Source: Candidatus Saccharimonadota bacterium (lineage in GTDB: Bacteria; Patescibacteriota; Saccharimonadia; Saccharimonadales; Saccharimonadaceae). Taken from it: DNA of 64,000 nt. The stretch is from assembly GCA_017514905.1 (NCBI GenBank), contig JAFWIK010000001.1, positions 1,630-65,629 on the forward strand, written 5' to 3'. Position 1 is the first letter of the stretch. Every line of letters begins with the position of its first letter. Below the pieces are notes generated by a model. It saw only the letters and a program-made list of their open reading frames with translations. It had not been told where the DNA came from and did no database searches. Positions 9,730 through 19,220 of this stretch are shown piece by piece. The position numbers and the translations under genes were made by a program.

Positions 9730-10260
9730 ATGAGAAAAGCTATTGTTAAATGTAAACTCAAAAATCGCGACGAATTTGAGAAAAAACTCGCCGATATTGA
9801 TTTGGATTTTTCCACTGTCTACTGGCAGCACGATCGCATATATGTACCGCGAAATTACAAGCCACATGCCAATTTTCCGCGTCTCATTATGCGCACTGAA
9901 ATGCGAGCGGTAGACAAGCCTGCAAAATATAGTTTCATCTTAAAACGCCACATCGAAGATTCTGGCATCGATATCGTCGAAGAAACTGTCATCAAAGATT
10001 ACGAAACTATGGTAAACGTGATTTTGCAGCTTGGCTTCAAGCCCGCATCGGAAGTATCTCGCCGTCGTCAAGACCTTAAAATGGGAGAGGGAACCATTAT
10101 TTACCTTGATAAAATTGAAAAAAGACCAGGCTACTACGCCAAAATCGAATCAGATCTTTCTCCAAACGATTCCGTTACGTCAGCAATTGATGACCTCAAA
10201 AAGACATTCGAAACACTCGGCGAGTCCAACTTCGTGGACAGCACCTATTTTGAATTATAA
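9730..10260 (+). CDS. CYTH-domain protein (class IV adenylate cyclase-like, possibly degenerate)
   Basis: Q.DRIY, LIMR, LGFKP..VSRRR and IYLDKI pattern; the N-terminal ExExK motif is not intact (KAIVKCK). Confidence 0.7.
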   Translation: MRKAIVKCKLKNRDEFEKKLADIDLDFSTVYWQHDRIYVPRNYKPHANFPRLIMRTEMRAVDKPAKYSFILKRHIEDSGIDIVEETVIKDYETMVNVILQLGFKPASEVSRRRQDLKMGEGTIIYLDKIEKRPGYYAKIESDLSPNDSVTSAIDDLKKTFETLGESNFVDSTYFEL

Positions 10261-10397
10261 ATCCCTTTAGCTTACTATTCACAGGCTGAAAATCCCAAAA
10301 AATAGTGATGGGAAACCGGTACTGCAATACCGGAGGGCTCCCATCAAATTATTTTTTGAGATTTTCACCTCAGTAAGCTAAAGGGATTTATAATTCA
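10251..10397. repeat. 147-bp palindrome with perfect 26-bp terminal inverted repeats (MITE-like)
   Basis: TGAATTATAAATCCCTTTAGCTTACT ... AGTAAGCTAAAGGGATTTATAATTCA, plus inner stems. Confidence 0.85.
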
Positions 10398-10463
10398 GGA
10401 TTGTAAAAATCACAGGCAAACAAGTCTTAGCCAGTAAAAGCCCTATCTATAATTCAAGAAAGT

Positions 10464-11456
10464 TTATCCCCTAGGTGGCTCGCCGTCAGGTTCGCCGAGT
10501 AGTTTTTTGGACTTAATCTCGTATCTTTTGCCGTTTACTGGTGAAATGTAATAATCCTCGTTTAAGAGGTTCACAAACATCGTGAGGTCCTTATCGTCCA
10601 TGATAATGATTGAACCATCATCATCTGTCATTAGCTCAAGCTGCATTTCATCCGCATAATCGAGTAGTTTATCCTGTGGCATCTCCTCAGCGATGTCCAT
10701 CGCTTGCACTTTCTTTAAAATTGGTTTTTTGTCAGCTAAAAGGGTATCAAGCGTCAATCCTTCTGCAAAAGATAACTTGTATTTTTCGGTCAGCTCTTTA
10801 GCCTTCGCCTCTGCAATCACTTGCGATTTATAATCATATTGGAACAAATTTTCAAATTTAGCCTGATTAAACACGATGATATTACCGTCCACAATCGCAA
10901 CTTGATTATCTTCTGGCATTTTTAAGGCAATTTCCGCAGAAAAAGGCTCAAACGATTCACCATTGATTTCCCACGATGCCGCCCCTTTTAGAGCCGACGA
11001 AGCAGGAAGTAATTTCGCGATGTAAAACGTTTTCATACCATCTTCACCTGGATAGGTAAATTTTGCGATAATGCCTTTGACTTTTTTGAAATCGTATTCG
11101 TTTTCTGAGAAATAGTCGATATCTTTGTATTCATTTTCAATCAGATGCAGCAATGTTTCTGCTCGACCTACCTTAGATAGGGAAGTATGATAAATCACTT
11201 TTTCTTCACCATCTGATTTTTCATACTCGCGGCACTCTAAACCTTTATCCGCCTCCTCGATGATATAATGTATCGCTTCTTGCATAAACATCGACTTCAC
11301 TGCCCCCGCTAGCTTGTCAGAGTACTTAATCTTATATGGCGTGTAGTTTTTGTTAAACAAAAACAATTCCGCCGACACGTTATTTTTTACCTCGTCAATC
11401 TCGTTTGCCCAGAGAAAAACGTCAAATGGTTCACCACTTTCTTCTGTATTTGCCAT
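10464..11456 (-). CDS. DUF4868 / Kiwa KwaB-like protein
   Basis: IVFNQAKFENLFQY and FVNLLNEDYY.S...G.RYE motifs match my recollection of DUF4868. Confidence 0.65.
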   Translation of the reverse strand: MANTEESGEPFDVFLWANEIDEVKNNVSAELFLFNKNYTPYKIKYSDKLAGAVKSMFMQEAIHYIIEEADKGLECREYEKSDGEEKVIYHTSLSKVGRAETLLHLIENEYKDIDYFSENEYDFKKVKGIIAKFTYPGEDGMKTFYIAKLLPASSALKGAASWEINGESFEPFSAEIALKMPEDNQVAIVDGNIIVFNQAKFENLFQYDYKSQVIAEAKAKELTEKYKLSFAEGLTLDTLLADKKPILKKVQAMDIAEEMPQDKLLDYADEMQLELMTDDDGSIIIMDDKDLTMFVNLLNEDYYISPVNGKRYEIKSKKLLGEPDGEPPRG

Positions 11457-11560
11457 AAAATTACCTCACTTATTTACTCCATTATATCACAAAAAAGGGA
11501 ATCAAGAAAAAGCCGGCCCTAGAGCCGGCAAACCGGCAAGAAGCCGGGGTAACAAAATCA

Positions 11561-11863
11561 TTAACGGGTAGATGTGTGATCTTTTGCGGTTCTAGCATGG
11601 GTTACTTCTTCGCGCAGGGAAATAATTCTCTTTGTCATCATTTCGTAACGCTCGCTATTGAGTTCAAAGTAATCCAGGGCCTCCTTTTCGAGGGAATCGA
11701 GCCTACTTATAATTTCGTCCAATTCGGCGTAACTCACGCTCTGAACGAAACTAACGCCATTATCTGTCCTTTTCTGTAAGGTATAGAGGTCATCTTTGAC
11801 ATCCTCTATTTTACCCATGATTTTGTTAAATTCACTATTTTCCATTGCCATAGTTAATTTCAC
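11561..11863 (-). CDS. Hypothetical helical protein
   Basis: 100-aa ORF; G-rich SD before GTG; own promoter (TGATATAAT near 11906-11914) and downstream hairpin. Confidence 0.65.
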   Translation of the reverse strand: MKLTMAMENSEFNKIMGKIEDVKDDLYTLQKRTDNGVSFVQSVSYAELDEIISRLDSLEKEALDYFELNSERYEMMTKRIISLREEVTHARTAKDHTSTR

Positions 11864-12408
11864 CCCCTCAATGTTTACCTCTGGAAAAAATAGCTTATCC
11901 TTTAATTATATCACAGAATCGCGCAAAAATCAAGGGCTCTTGTTCGGTTTTTATGACCCCTAGTGTTCGGTTTTTTTCGCATAAATGTTCGGCAAAATAA
12001 CAGAGAAGTTTTCCACAATTGTGAAAAACTAAAATCTAAAAAAAGTCGAAAAAAGCTCTTGCATTTTTTTCAAAAACATACTACACTTAAGTCAGCGAAT
12101 AAAAAACAAAAACGCTACACAAAATCGTACCTTAAAAAAGTTTGAGACCGACCATCTAGGAGCTTCGCGCGCATTAAATCTTAAGCGAGATGCGACAAAA
12201 AAATCGTGCGTTCCTTCCTCAAAAACACACCTCCCAATAAAACTCTATGGTCTAAACGCAATAAGTCTCTCAACGGCTATGATTATGTGATTCGCCTGGC
12301 GAGTCGGACAATCGTAGTGGATTATATTGTGTTAAAACAAAAATCAAATCAAAAACAAACCCGCTGAAGTTTCTAGTTGAACGGCCTCAAACGATGTATA
12401 ATAAAGAT

Positions 12409-13281
12409 ATGGAGAAACTACATATCCCCGTATTATTATCAGAAGTCCTAGCAGGGCTTGATCCGAAACCGGGCAAATCTTACCTTGATTTGACTGCAGG
12501 CTTTGGCGGGCACGCTAGAGAGATTTTGGATGTAACACAGCAATTTAAGGGTTCAGTTCTGATCGATCGCGATGAATTCGCTGCTAATTATTTAAAACAC
12601 GAATTTCCATCGAGCGTTCGCATTATGAACACGGATTTTTACAGTGCGATGCTACAGCTTTTACAGTGTGGAATGACTTTTGATATGATACTAGCTGATT
12701 TTGGAGTTTCTTCGCCGCAACTAGACGAAGGAAGGCGGGGTTTTTCGTATCAAACGGACGGCCCTCTCGATATGCGGATGGATACTAGGCAAAAGTTGAC
12801 GGCGGACGATATTATTAATCATTATAGCGAAAGAGAATTAGCGAATATTCTGGCTACCTACGGTGAAGAGCCGGTTGGTCGTGCCCGAATGCTAGCTAGA
12901 GAAATCGTGCATCACCGTCCGGTTAAAAGTACCAAAGAATTGGCTGATATTGTTCTCAGCAAGTCGCGATATTCTAGGACTCATCCTGCGGCCAGAGTTT
13001 TTCAGGCAATTCGAATTGTAGTGAATGGGGAATTAGAAGAAATCGAAAAAACTCTTCCATTGCTCCCAGATCTTCTCAATAAGAATGGTCGCCTCGGTCT
13101 TATCACCTTTCATAGTCTAGAAGATCGCCTAGTCAAAGATTTTTTCAAAGAAGCTAGTAGCTTTGGTGAGGAATCAAAGCTAGAGATTATCAACAAAAAA
13201 CCGATCACTGCGGCACAAGTGGAGTTAGTTATCAACCCGCGGGCTAGAAGTGCTAAGTTACGATTAGCCAAGCGGAATTGA
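12409..13281 (+). CDS. rsmH: 16S rRNA C1402 N4-methyltransferase
   Basis: HIPVL, DLTAGFGGH, DFGVSSPQLD, PLDMRMD, FHSLEDR and NPRARSAKLR motifs. Confidence 0.97.
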   Translation: MEKLHIPVLLSEVLAGLDPKPGKSYLDLTAGFGGHAREILDVTQQFKGSVLIDRDEFAANYLKHEFPSSVRIMNTDFYSAMLQLLQCGMTFDMILADFGVSSPQLDEGRRGFSYQTDGPLDMRMDTRQKLTADDIINHYSERELANILATYGEEPVGRARMLAREIVHHRPVKSTKELADIVLSKSRYSRTHPAARVFQAIRIVVNGELEEIEKTLPLLPDLLNKNGRLGLITFHSLEDRLVKDFFKEASSFGEESKLEIINKKPITAAQVELVINPRARSAKLRLAKRN

Positions 13282-13316
13282 TAAAACAAACAAATAAAAA
13301 TAAAAAGGAGGCATTA

Positions 13317-13382
13317 ATGCCAAAGCAAATTTTAGTTGCGAATAAATCTCGCAAACAAACCGTTAAGGTTAACTTCCGCTAG
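13317..13382 (+). CDS. Candidate 21-aa peptide MPKQILVANKSRKQTVKVNFR
   Basis: Strong SD AAGGAGG 5 nt before ATG; below the ORF-track cutoff. Confidence 0.55.
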   Translation: MPKQILVANKSRKQTVKVNFR

Positions 13383-13611
13383 TCTCCCTTTAGGCGGGGG
13401 TCACCCCCCCGCTTAAAGCCCCTAGTGACATGGACCTTCGCGGGTCCGCCAACAAATAGAGTTTCACACGGAGAGTGTGGAGTGTATGACCTTCCCGGGT
13501 AAGTTTACAGTTTACTTATAGCTCTGGCTGTAAAGACTGCCCGGACTATGACTAAGAAAAACAAACATCAAAATAACAAAAATAAACATCAAGCGAGGAA
13601 AAAACCAAAAA

Positions 13612-13959
13612 ATGCAAAATCAAACCTATACCACCAGGAGGATGAATACTACGACCAGTTTCGTCCGCAATCGTAATACTGTGCGTCACGCCAAGAAAAG
13701 TCTTGGCTCCATTTCACAAATCGTCATTGTCAGTATGCTTACACTAGTTTTTGGTTTGATTTATGTAGCGGAGGGAACTAAAGCGACCAGTTTTGATTAC
13801 GAAATCTCCTCCGTCGAATCTGAGATTTCCGAAATGAATGCCAAAAAAGAAGACCTTGCTGTTGAAAAAGCCCGACTTAACTCTGTTGCAGCGGCTAAAA
13901 GTAGCACCGTTGCAGCTTCGATGGAAGACGCTACGGTAGCTGGCTATGCTACAGAATAA
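13612..13959 (+). CDS. FtsL-like cell division protein
   Basis: Single TM helix followed by coiled coil; lies between rsmH and the class B PBP. Confidence 0.7.
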   Translation: MQNQTYTTRRMNTTTSFVRNRNTVRHAKKSLGSISQIVIVSMLTLVFGLIYVAEGTKATSFDYEISSVESEISEMNAKKEDLAVEKARLNSVAAAKSSTVAASMEDATVAGYATE

Positions 13960-15793
13960 TCACCCCGAATCTGGCCTAATTTTTTCGACCAAACGTCGAA
14001 TCGACATTTTAAAACTTTTAGTTTTTATTGCGCTAGCCGTGATTACTTTGCGGCTCTTTTTTATCCAAATTCTCGAACACGATCACTGGATTGCCAAAGC
14101 CGATCAGGAACATACTCTACTAGAAACTATCACTGCTCGTCGTGGCGAAATCTATATGATGGACAAAAATGAACCGGTCGCGGCAGTTTTGAATCAAACC
14201 ACCTATCAAATCGTGATTGACCCGACCGTTACCGCCAAAGAGGATATCCAACACGTTCTAGAAACGTTTGCTAAAGATTATACTGTTGCTAACCTTGACG
14301 AAGTTTATAGTACGGAGGGTTTACGCTATTCCATCGTCGCAAAAGGCGTACCCAGAAATGTCATTGAGGAAATTGTAAAGGAAGAGCCTCGAGCCATTTG
14401 GTTTAAAAAGACCAACCAACGCGTTTATCCGGAGGGCAGCCTTGGCTCCTCAATGCTCGGCTTTATTAACTCTGACGGTGAAGGACAGTACGGTATTGAG
14501 AGATCTCTCGATGGCGTTTTATCCGGCAAGGATGGTCTATTAAAAACTACTGCCGACGTTAACAGTGTCGCCCTTTCTATTGGTAATGACAATATCAAAA
14601 TTCCCGCAGAAAATGGCAAAGATATTGTCTTATCAATTGATCGTGGTCTCGAAATGGGGGCTGAAGAAATTGCCACAAAGCATATTGAAAAAACCGCTGC
14701 CACCAACGCCGCGGTGCTGATTATGGACCCTTCTAACAGTGAAGTCTTGGCGATGTCTAGCTTACCAAATTATGATCCAAATCACTATAGTGAAGTCACG
14801 GATGCTTCGGCTTATCTCAACCAAGTTACCGAAGTCCCATACGAACCAGCTTCGGTGTGTAAAAGTTTCGCCTTTTCAGCGGCCATTAACGAAGGCGTTA
14901 TGAACGCAAATACCACTTATTTCAACCAAGGCTACGAAGTGGTCGACGGTTGGGAAATTAAAAACGCTGAACAACGCGCTAGCCTCTACGGTACTCTCGA
15001 TATGCGTACGGCACTTTATTGGTCATTAAACACCGGTTCCATTTATGCTCTTAAGCTCCTCGGCGGCAATACTGCTGCGATCAATCAAAAAGGTCGTGAA
15101 AAATTATTTGATTATTATTATAATAAGTTTCGCCTCGGCCAGGCTACTGGTATTGAACTCAACGAAGCCGAAGGCTTCATCCCAGATCCCAACGACGGCT
15201 GGGGCCGCGATTCCGTTTACGCCAACATGACTTTCGGCCAGAACCTCGGTATCACTATGATCCAGACTGCCACAGCCTATTCCGCTATTGTAAATGGTGG
15301 CACCTACCGTACCCCTACAATTGTTAAAGGTGAACTCAAAAACGGCACAATCGTTCCACTGGACACTACATCGACGAGTGATATCGCTGGGAAGCCTTCG
15401 GACACGATGGAGGGAACTGCGGCGCCAGAACCCGTCGAGAATAAGACTGAGGAAAAAATCCTGTCCGACGAAACTTCCACTACTATGCGTGAAATGTTTG
15501 TCAATAACCGTGACTACAAGCGAAAAGGCGGCATCGACCGCGCTGGCTACGAAATCGGAGGCAAATCTGGCACTGCCCAGGTCATCAAAAACGGCGCCTA
15601 TGACGACACCATGAACGAAACCATCGGTACGTATATCGGTTTTGTGGGCACAAAAGGTGAGTTGCCAAAATATGTTATAATGGTTAAAATGTGGGGCGAT
15701 GGACAACATTTGGATGGCCCCATTGCTAGTAATTTATTTGACGATATTTCTAATTACGTAATCGATTATTATAAGGTTAAACCAAAGGTATAA
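13946..15793 (+). CDS. ftsI: Class B penicillin-binding protein (FtsI/PBP2 family)
   Basis: RRGEIY, RVYPEG, YEPASVCK (SxxK), SLN and KSGTAQ motifs. Confidence 0.9.
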   Translation: MLQNNHPESGLIFSTKRRIDILKLLVFIALAVITLRLFFIQILEHDHWIAKADQEHTLLETITARRGEIYMMDKNEPVAAVLNQTTYQIVIDPTVTAKEDIQHVLETFAKDYTVANLDEVYSTEGLRYSIVAKGVPRNVIEEIVKEEPRAIWFKKTNQRVYPEGSLGSSMLGFINSDGEGQYGIERSLDGVLSGKDGLLKTTADVNSVALSIGNDNIKIPAENGKDIVLSIDRGLEMGAEEIATKHIEKTAATNAAVLIMDPSNSEVLAMSSLPNYDPNHYSEVTDASAYLNQVTEVPYEPASVCKSFAFSAAINEGVMNANTTYFNQGYEVVDGWEIKNAEQRASLYGTLDMRTALYWSLNTGSIYALKLLGGNTAAINQKGREKLFDYYYNKFRLGQATGIELNEAEGFIPDPNDGWGRDSVYANMTFGQNLGITMIQTATAYSAIVNGGTYRTPTIVKGELKNGTIVPLDTTSTSDIAGKPSDTMEGTAAPEPVENKTEEKILSDETSTTMREMFVNNRDYKRKGGIDRAGYEIGGKSGTAQVIKNGAYDDTMNETIGTYIGFVGTKGELPKYVIMVKMWGDGQHLDGPIASNLFDDISNYVIDYYKVKPKV

Positions 15794-15794
15794 A

Positions 15795-16817
15795 ATGAAT
15801 ATCAATGACGAAGTATTTTATGGATTAATATTGGCGCTAGGCGGATTCCTCCTTTCAATGGCCCTCACACCTTTTTATACCCACTTTGCCTATAAGTATA
15901 AATTCTGGAAAAAGCAAAAAAAGACCACCGTGGATGGCAAAGAGCTCCCCATTATGACCAAACTTCACGCTCACAAATTTAAACATGTTTTCCCGACTAT
16001 GGCTGGTCTCATCGGTGTAATTTCTGTCACGGTGGTGACCTGGATTTTTAATCTCGATCGTGGCCAAACCTGGCTACCTCTTGCTGGCTTCCTGGGCGGA
16101 GCCTTCGTTGGCGCCATCGATGACACCATCAACATTTTTGGTTCCGGGCGCGGAGCCGCAGGACTGCGTGGGCCGGTCAAGTTCTTCCTCATTTCAGTGG
16201 TCGGTTTAATTTTAGGTTGGTATTTTGCCTACAAACTCGGCTGGACTTCCATGATGATCCCATTCTATGGCAATTTTGAGATTGGTAAAATCGGTATGAT
16301 TCTCATTTTTGCCTTTGCGGTGGTAGCTACCTCGAATGCTGTCAATATCTCCGATGGCCTTGATGGCCTTTCTGGTGGATTATCTATGTTGGCCTACAGT
16401 GCTTTTGGTATTATTGCTCTTTTCCAAGAGAATGTGATGCTTTTTGGCTTTTGCCTTACCGTCGTAGGTTGGTTACTTTCATATATTTGGTTCAACGTGC
16501 CGCCAGCTCGTTTTATGATGGGCGACACCGGATCATTTGCACTAGGCTCTGGCCTTGGTGTAGTCGCTATGATGACAAATTCCTTCCTGCTCTTACCAAT
16601 TATCGGCTTACCGTTCGTCATTGAAGCCGGCTCCAGTCTTATCCAACTCGCCTCCAAAAAATTTCTGCATCGCAAAATCTTTATTTCCGCTCCACTTCAT
16701 CATCATCTTGAAGCTCTCGGCTGGGGAGAAGCCAAAATTGTCATGCGCTTTTGGATTGTCGCCGGTGTCTGTGCGATTCTGGGCATCTTTATCGCCGCTA
16801 CCGGGGGCGCTATATGA
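15795..16817 (+). CDS. mraY: Phospho-N-acetylmuramoyl-pentapeptide transferase
   Basis: PTMAG, NAVNISDGLDGL, MGDTGS and APLHHHLE motifs. Confidence 0.97.
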   Translation: MNINDEVFYGLILALGGFLLSMALTPFYTHFAYKYKFWKKQKKTTVDGKELPIMTKLHAHKFKHVFPTMAGLIGVISVTVVTWIFNLDRGQTWLPLAGFLGGAFVGAIDDTINIFGSGRGAAGLRGPVKFFLISVVGLILGWYFAYKLGWTSMMIPFYGNFEIGKIGMILIFAFAVVATSNAVNISDGLDGLSGGLSMLAYSAFGIIALFQENVMLFGFCLTVVGWLLSYIWFNVPPARFMMGDTGSFALGSGLGVVAMMTNSFLLLPIIGLPFVIEAGSSLIQLASKKFLHRKIFISAPLHHHLEALGWGEAKIVMRFWIVAGVCAILGIFIAATGGAI

Positions 16818-18043
16818 AAAATCGCAAGCACAAATCAGATTTGGCAATATTATTCGCCACGCTAGGTCTCATGGCACTAGGCCTTATTGTAATATATGCT
16901 ATCGGTCCGATGCGTGCTAATGTTTTAAATAGCACTTATGGCACTGAATACGACTCTAATTATTTCTTTTTTGGCCAACTAAGAGCTGTTATCCTTTCGC
17001 TAATAGCCTTTTTCGCTGCTTTTAAATGGATTCCGTATCGATATGTCAAAAAATATGCCAAAGCTCTTCTAATTGTTGCCTTAGCACTGTGCGGACTTCT
17101 CTGGATCCTCTCTATGATGCATTCGAACCTTGCAAAATGTGAGCTCGGTGAATGTCGTTGGTTCCAATTTGGCCCCGTCAGTTTCCAGCCAGCTGAATTC
17201 TTAAAATTAGCCATGGTGGTTTATCTCGCTGATTTTATGGCTCGCAAAAGGGAAGAAGGCAACCTTGGTAAACTACGCGAATTTTGGTTACCACTTGCTA
17301 TTGTTAGTGGGCTATCGCTCTTCCTAGTAGTAATTGCAGAAGGCGATCTCGGTACTGGCGTCGCTCTTATTTCAATTATCTTTGGCATGCTTCTCATCGC
17401 CGGCGTACCAGCTCGGCAATATTTGGTTATGCTAGCCTTAGTTTTGGCCGTAGCCGTAGGTGCCGTAGTCACTTCGTCACATCGAATGGAACGCGTAGAC
17501 GCTTGGCTGGCTACCATGTCTGGTAGTGAAACTTCCGATTCCACTTATCACATTGAAAATGCTATCCTCGCCATCGGCACGGGCGGACTTTTCGGCGTCG
17601 GTATTGGCAATTCGGTTCAGGCTACTGGCTATCTACCAGAGTCAATCAACGATTCAATCTTTGCCATTCTCGGTGAAACCTTTGGTTTTATTGGACTATT
17701 TATTATAATTCTGATTTTTGCGGTGATTCTATTCAGAATACTAAAAGTTGCTCAGAGCACCCAGGCTAGTGATGAACAGTTATTTATTACGGGCGTTTTT
17801 TCTTGGATGCTAGCACAAGTTATTGTCAATATCATGGCTATGACTGGTCTAGTGCCAGTTACCGGCATTACTTTACCACTTTTATCTTATGGTGGCACCA
17901 GCATGGTGTTTTTGGCTTATGCTTTAGGCCTCGTTTTACAACTTTCGTGTTATACTAGTAGAGAGGTAATTACAAATGAAGATATTAGTAGTGGGGGGCG
18001 GCTCGGGAGGGCATATCACTCCAGCCGTCGCCGTAGTTCGTGA
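16814..18043 (+). CDS. ftsW: SEDS peptidoglycan polymerase FtsW
   Basis: FQPAEFLK, DLGTG, LPESINDSIF and LPLLSYGGTS motifs; ATGA overlap with the mraY stop. Confidence 0.92.
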   Translation: MKNRKHKSDLAILFATLGLMALGLIVIYAIGPMRANVLNSTYGTEYDSNYFFFGQLRAVILSLIAFFAAFKWIPYRYVKKYAKALLIVALALCGLLWILSMMHSNLAKCELGECRWFQFGPVSFQPAEFLKLAMVVYLADFMARKREEGNLGKLREFWLPLAIVSGLSLFLVVIAEGDLGTGVALISIIFGMLLIAGVPARQYLVMLALVLAVAVGAVVTSSHRMERVDAWLATMSGSETSDSTYHIENAILAIGTGGLFGVGIGNSVQATGYLPESINDSIFAILGETFGFIGLFIIILIFAVILFRILKVAQSTQASDEQLFITGVFSWMLAQVIVNIMAMTGLVPVTGITLPLLSYGGTSMVFLAYALGLVLQLSCYTSREVITNEDISSGGRLGRAYHSSRRRSS

Positions 18044-19220
18044 AATTCTTGAAAAAAAGCCGCGTGCTTCCATTGAATTTTGGACTGATTTTAAATATTA
18101 CAAAAACGTCACCAAGCTTACCACCGAAATCGGTGTAGCCTGGGGCGAAGCCGCCCGTCGTAAAAAAGCACCTTATATCAGAGTACGCCGTATTCCAGCT
18201 GGTAAATTTCATCGCTATGCCAATTGGCATTTCAAAGACTATTTTACTCATCTCGATATAACTCTAAGAGACCTAGTTTTCGGCAACATCCTCGGCTTCT
18301 TCGGTTTTATCGGCGGCCTCATTACTACTTTTTGTCGGTTTTTCAAACGGTCCTCTCGTCCTGACATCATTTTCTTAAAGGGCGGCTATGTCAGTTTGCC
18401 GGTTGGCCTGATCGCTAAACTTTTCAAGATCCCATACATCATTCACGAATCTGATGCTGTCTTTGGTTTAGCTAATCGTCTCCTCATGAAAAAAGCCAAA
18501 AAAGTTGCTTTTGGTATGCCTATTTCAGAAGAAATGCAAAAGAAACATCCTAATTATATTTGGACTGGCATTCCAGTTGGGCCTGAATTTAAGCCTGTTA
18601 GTCCCACCAAGCAGCTTTCACTCAAAAAAGCTTTTTCCTTTAATCAGGAAAAGCCGCTTGTGGTGATTACTGGCGGTTCACAGGGTTCAGAAAACATCAA
18701 TGAGGCTACTCGTGAAATTTTGCCAGAACTTCTCAAGTTTACTTCCGTTGGTTTAGTAGCCGGCCGCAAGCATTATGAAGATATGGTTGACCTCAAAAAG
18801 TATGAAAACTGGGATAAAGCCAGCCTAGAATCCAACTTCCGCATGTGGGAGTTTAATACTACTATGGACGAGTTGATGGGTGCAGCTGATCTTGTCGTTT
18901 CGCGTGCTGGTGCTACTACTATCGCCGAACTAGCCTCTCTCAAAAAAGCTACCATTCTCATTCCGTTCGCCCGCTTACCAGGCGCCCATCAGACCAAAAA
19001 CGCCAAAAGACTCGAAGATGCTAAGGCCGCTGTCGTGATCGACGATGCCAAAATGCTTGAAAATCCAAAAGTCTTACTCGAAGAAATTCACCATCTGATT
19101 AAATCTCCTCGTGTGCGCGCCGACATGGCTGACCAATTAGCCGAAGAAGCCCGTTCTGATGCAGCGAAACGTCTCGCTGAGCTAATCCTAGAGGAGGCCC
19201 TAGTTGAAAAAACACTCTAA
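17976..19220 (+). CDS. murG: Lipid II N-acetylglucosaminyltransferase
   Basis: GGGSGGHITP, GGYVS, HESD, GGSQGS and SRAGATTIAE motifs. Confidence 0.96.
   Translation: MKILVVGGGSGGHITPAVAVVREILEKKPRASIEFWTDFKYYKNVTKLTTEIGVAWGEAARRKKAPYIRVRRIPAGKFHRYANWHFKDYFTHLDITLRDLVFGNILGFFGFIGGLITTFCRFFKRSSRPDIIFLKGGYVSLPVGLIAKLFKIPYIIHESDAVFGLANRLLMKKAKKVAFGMPISEEMQKKHPNYIWTGIPVGPEFKPVSPTKQLSLKKAFSFNQEKPLVVITGGSQGSENINEATREILPELLKFTSVGLVAGRKHYEDMVDLKKYENWDKASLESNFRMWEFNTTMDELMGAADLVVSRAGATTIAELASLKKATILIPFARLPGAHQTKNAKRLEDAKAAVVIDDAKMLENPKVLLEEIHHLIKSPRVRADMADQLAEEARSDAAKRLAELILEEALVEKTL

Noticed and set aside
11511-11550. Four clustered CCGG motifs
   Set aside because: Explained by the terminator and 3' arm of the 11863 gene; irregular spacing.
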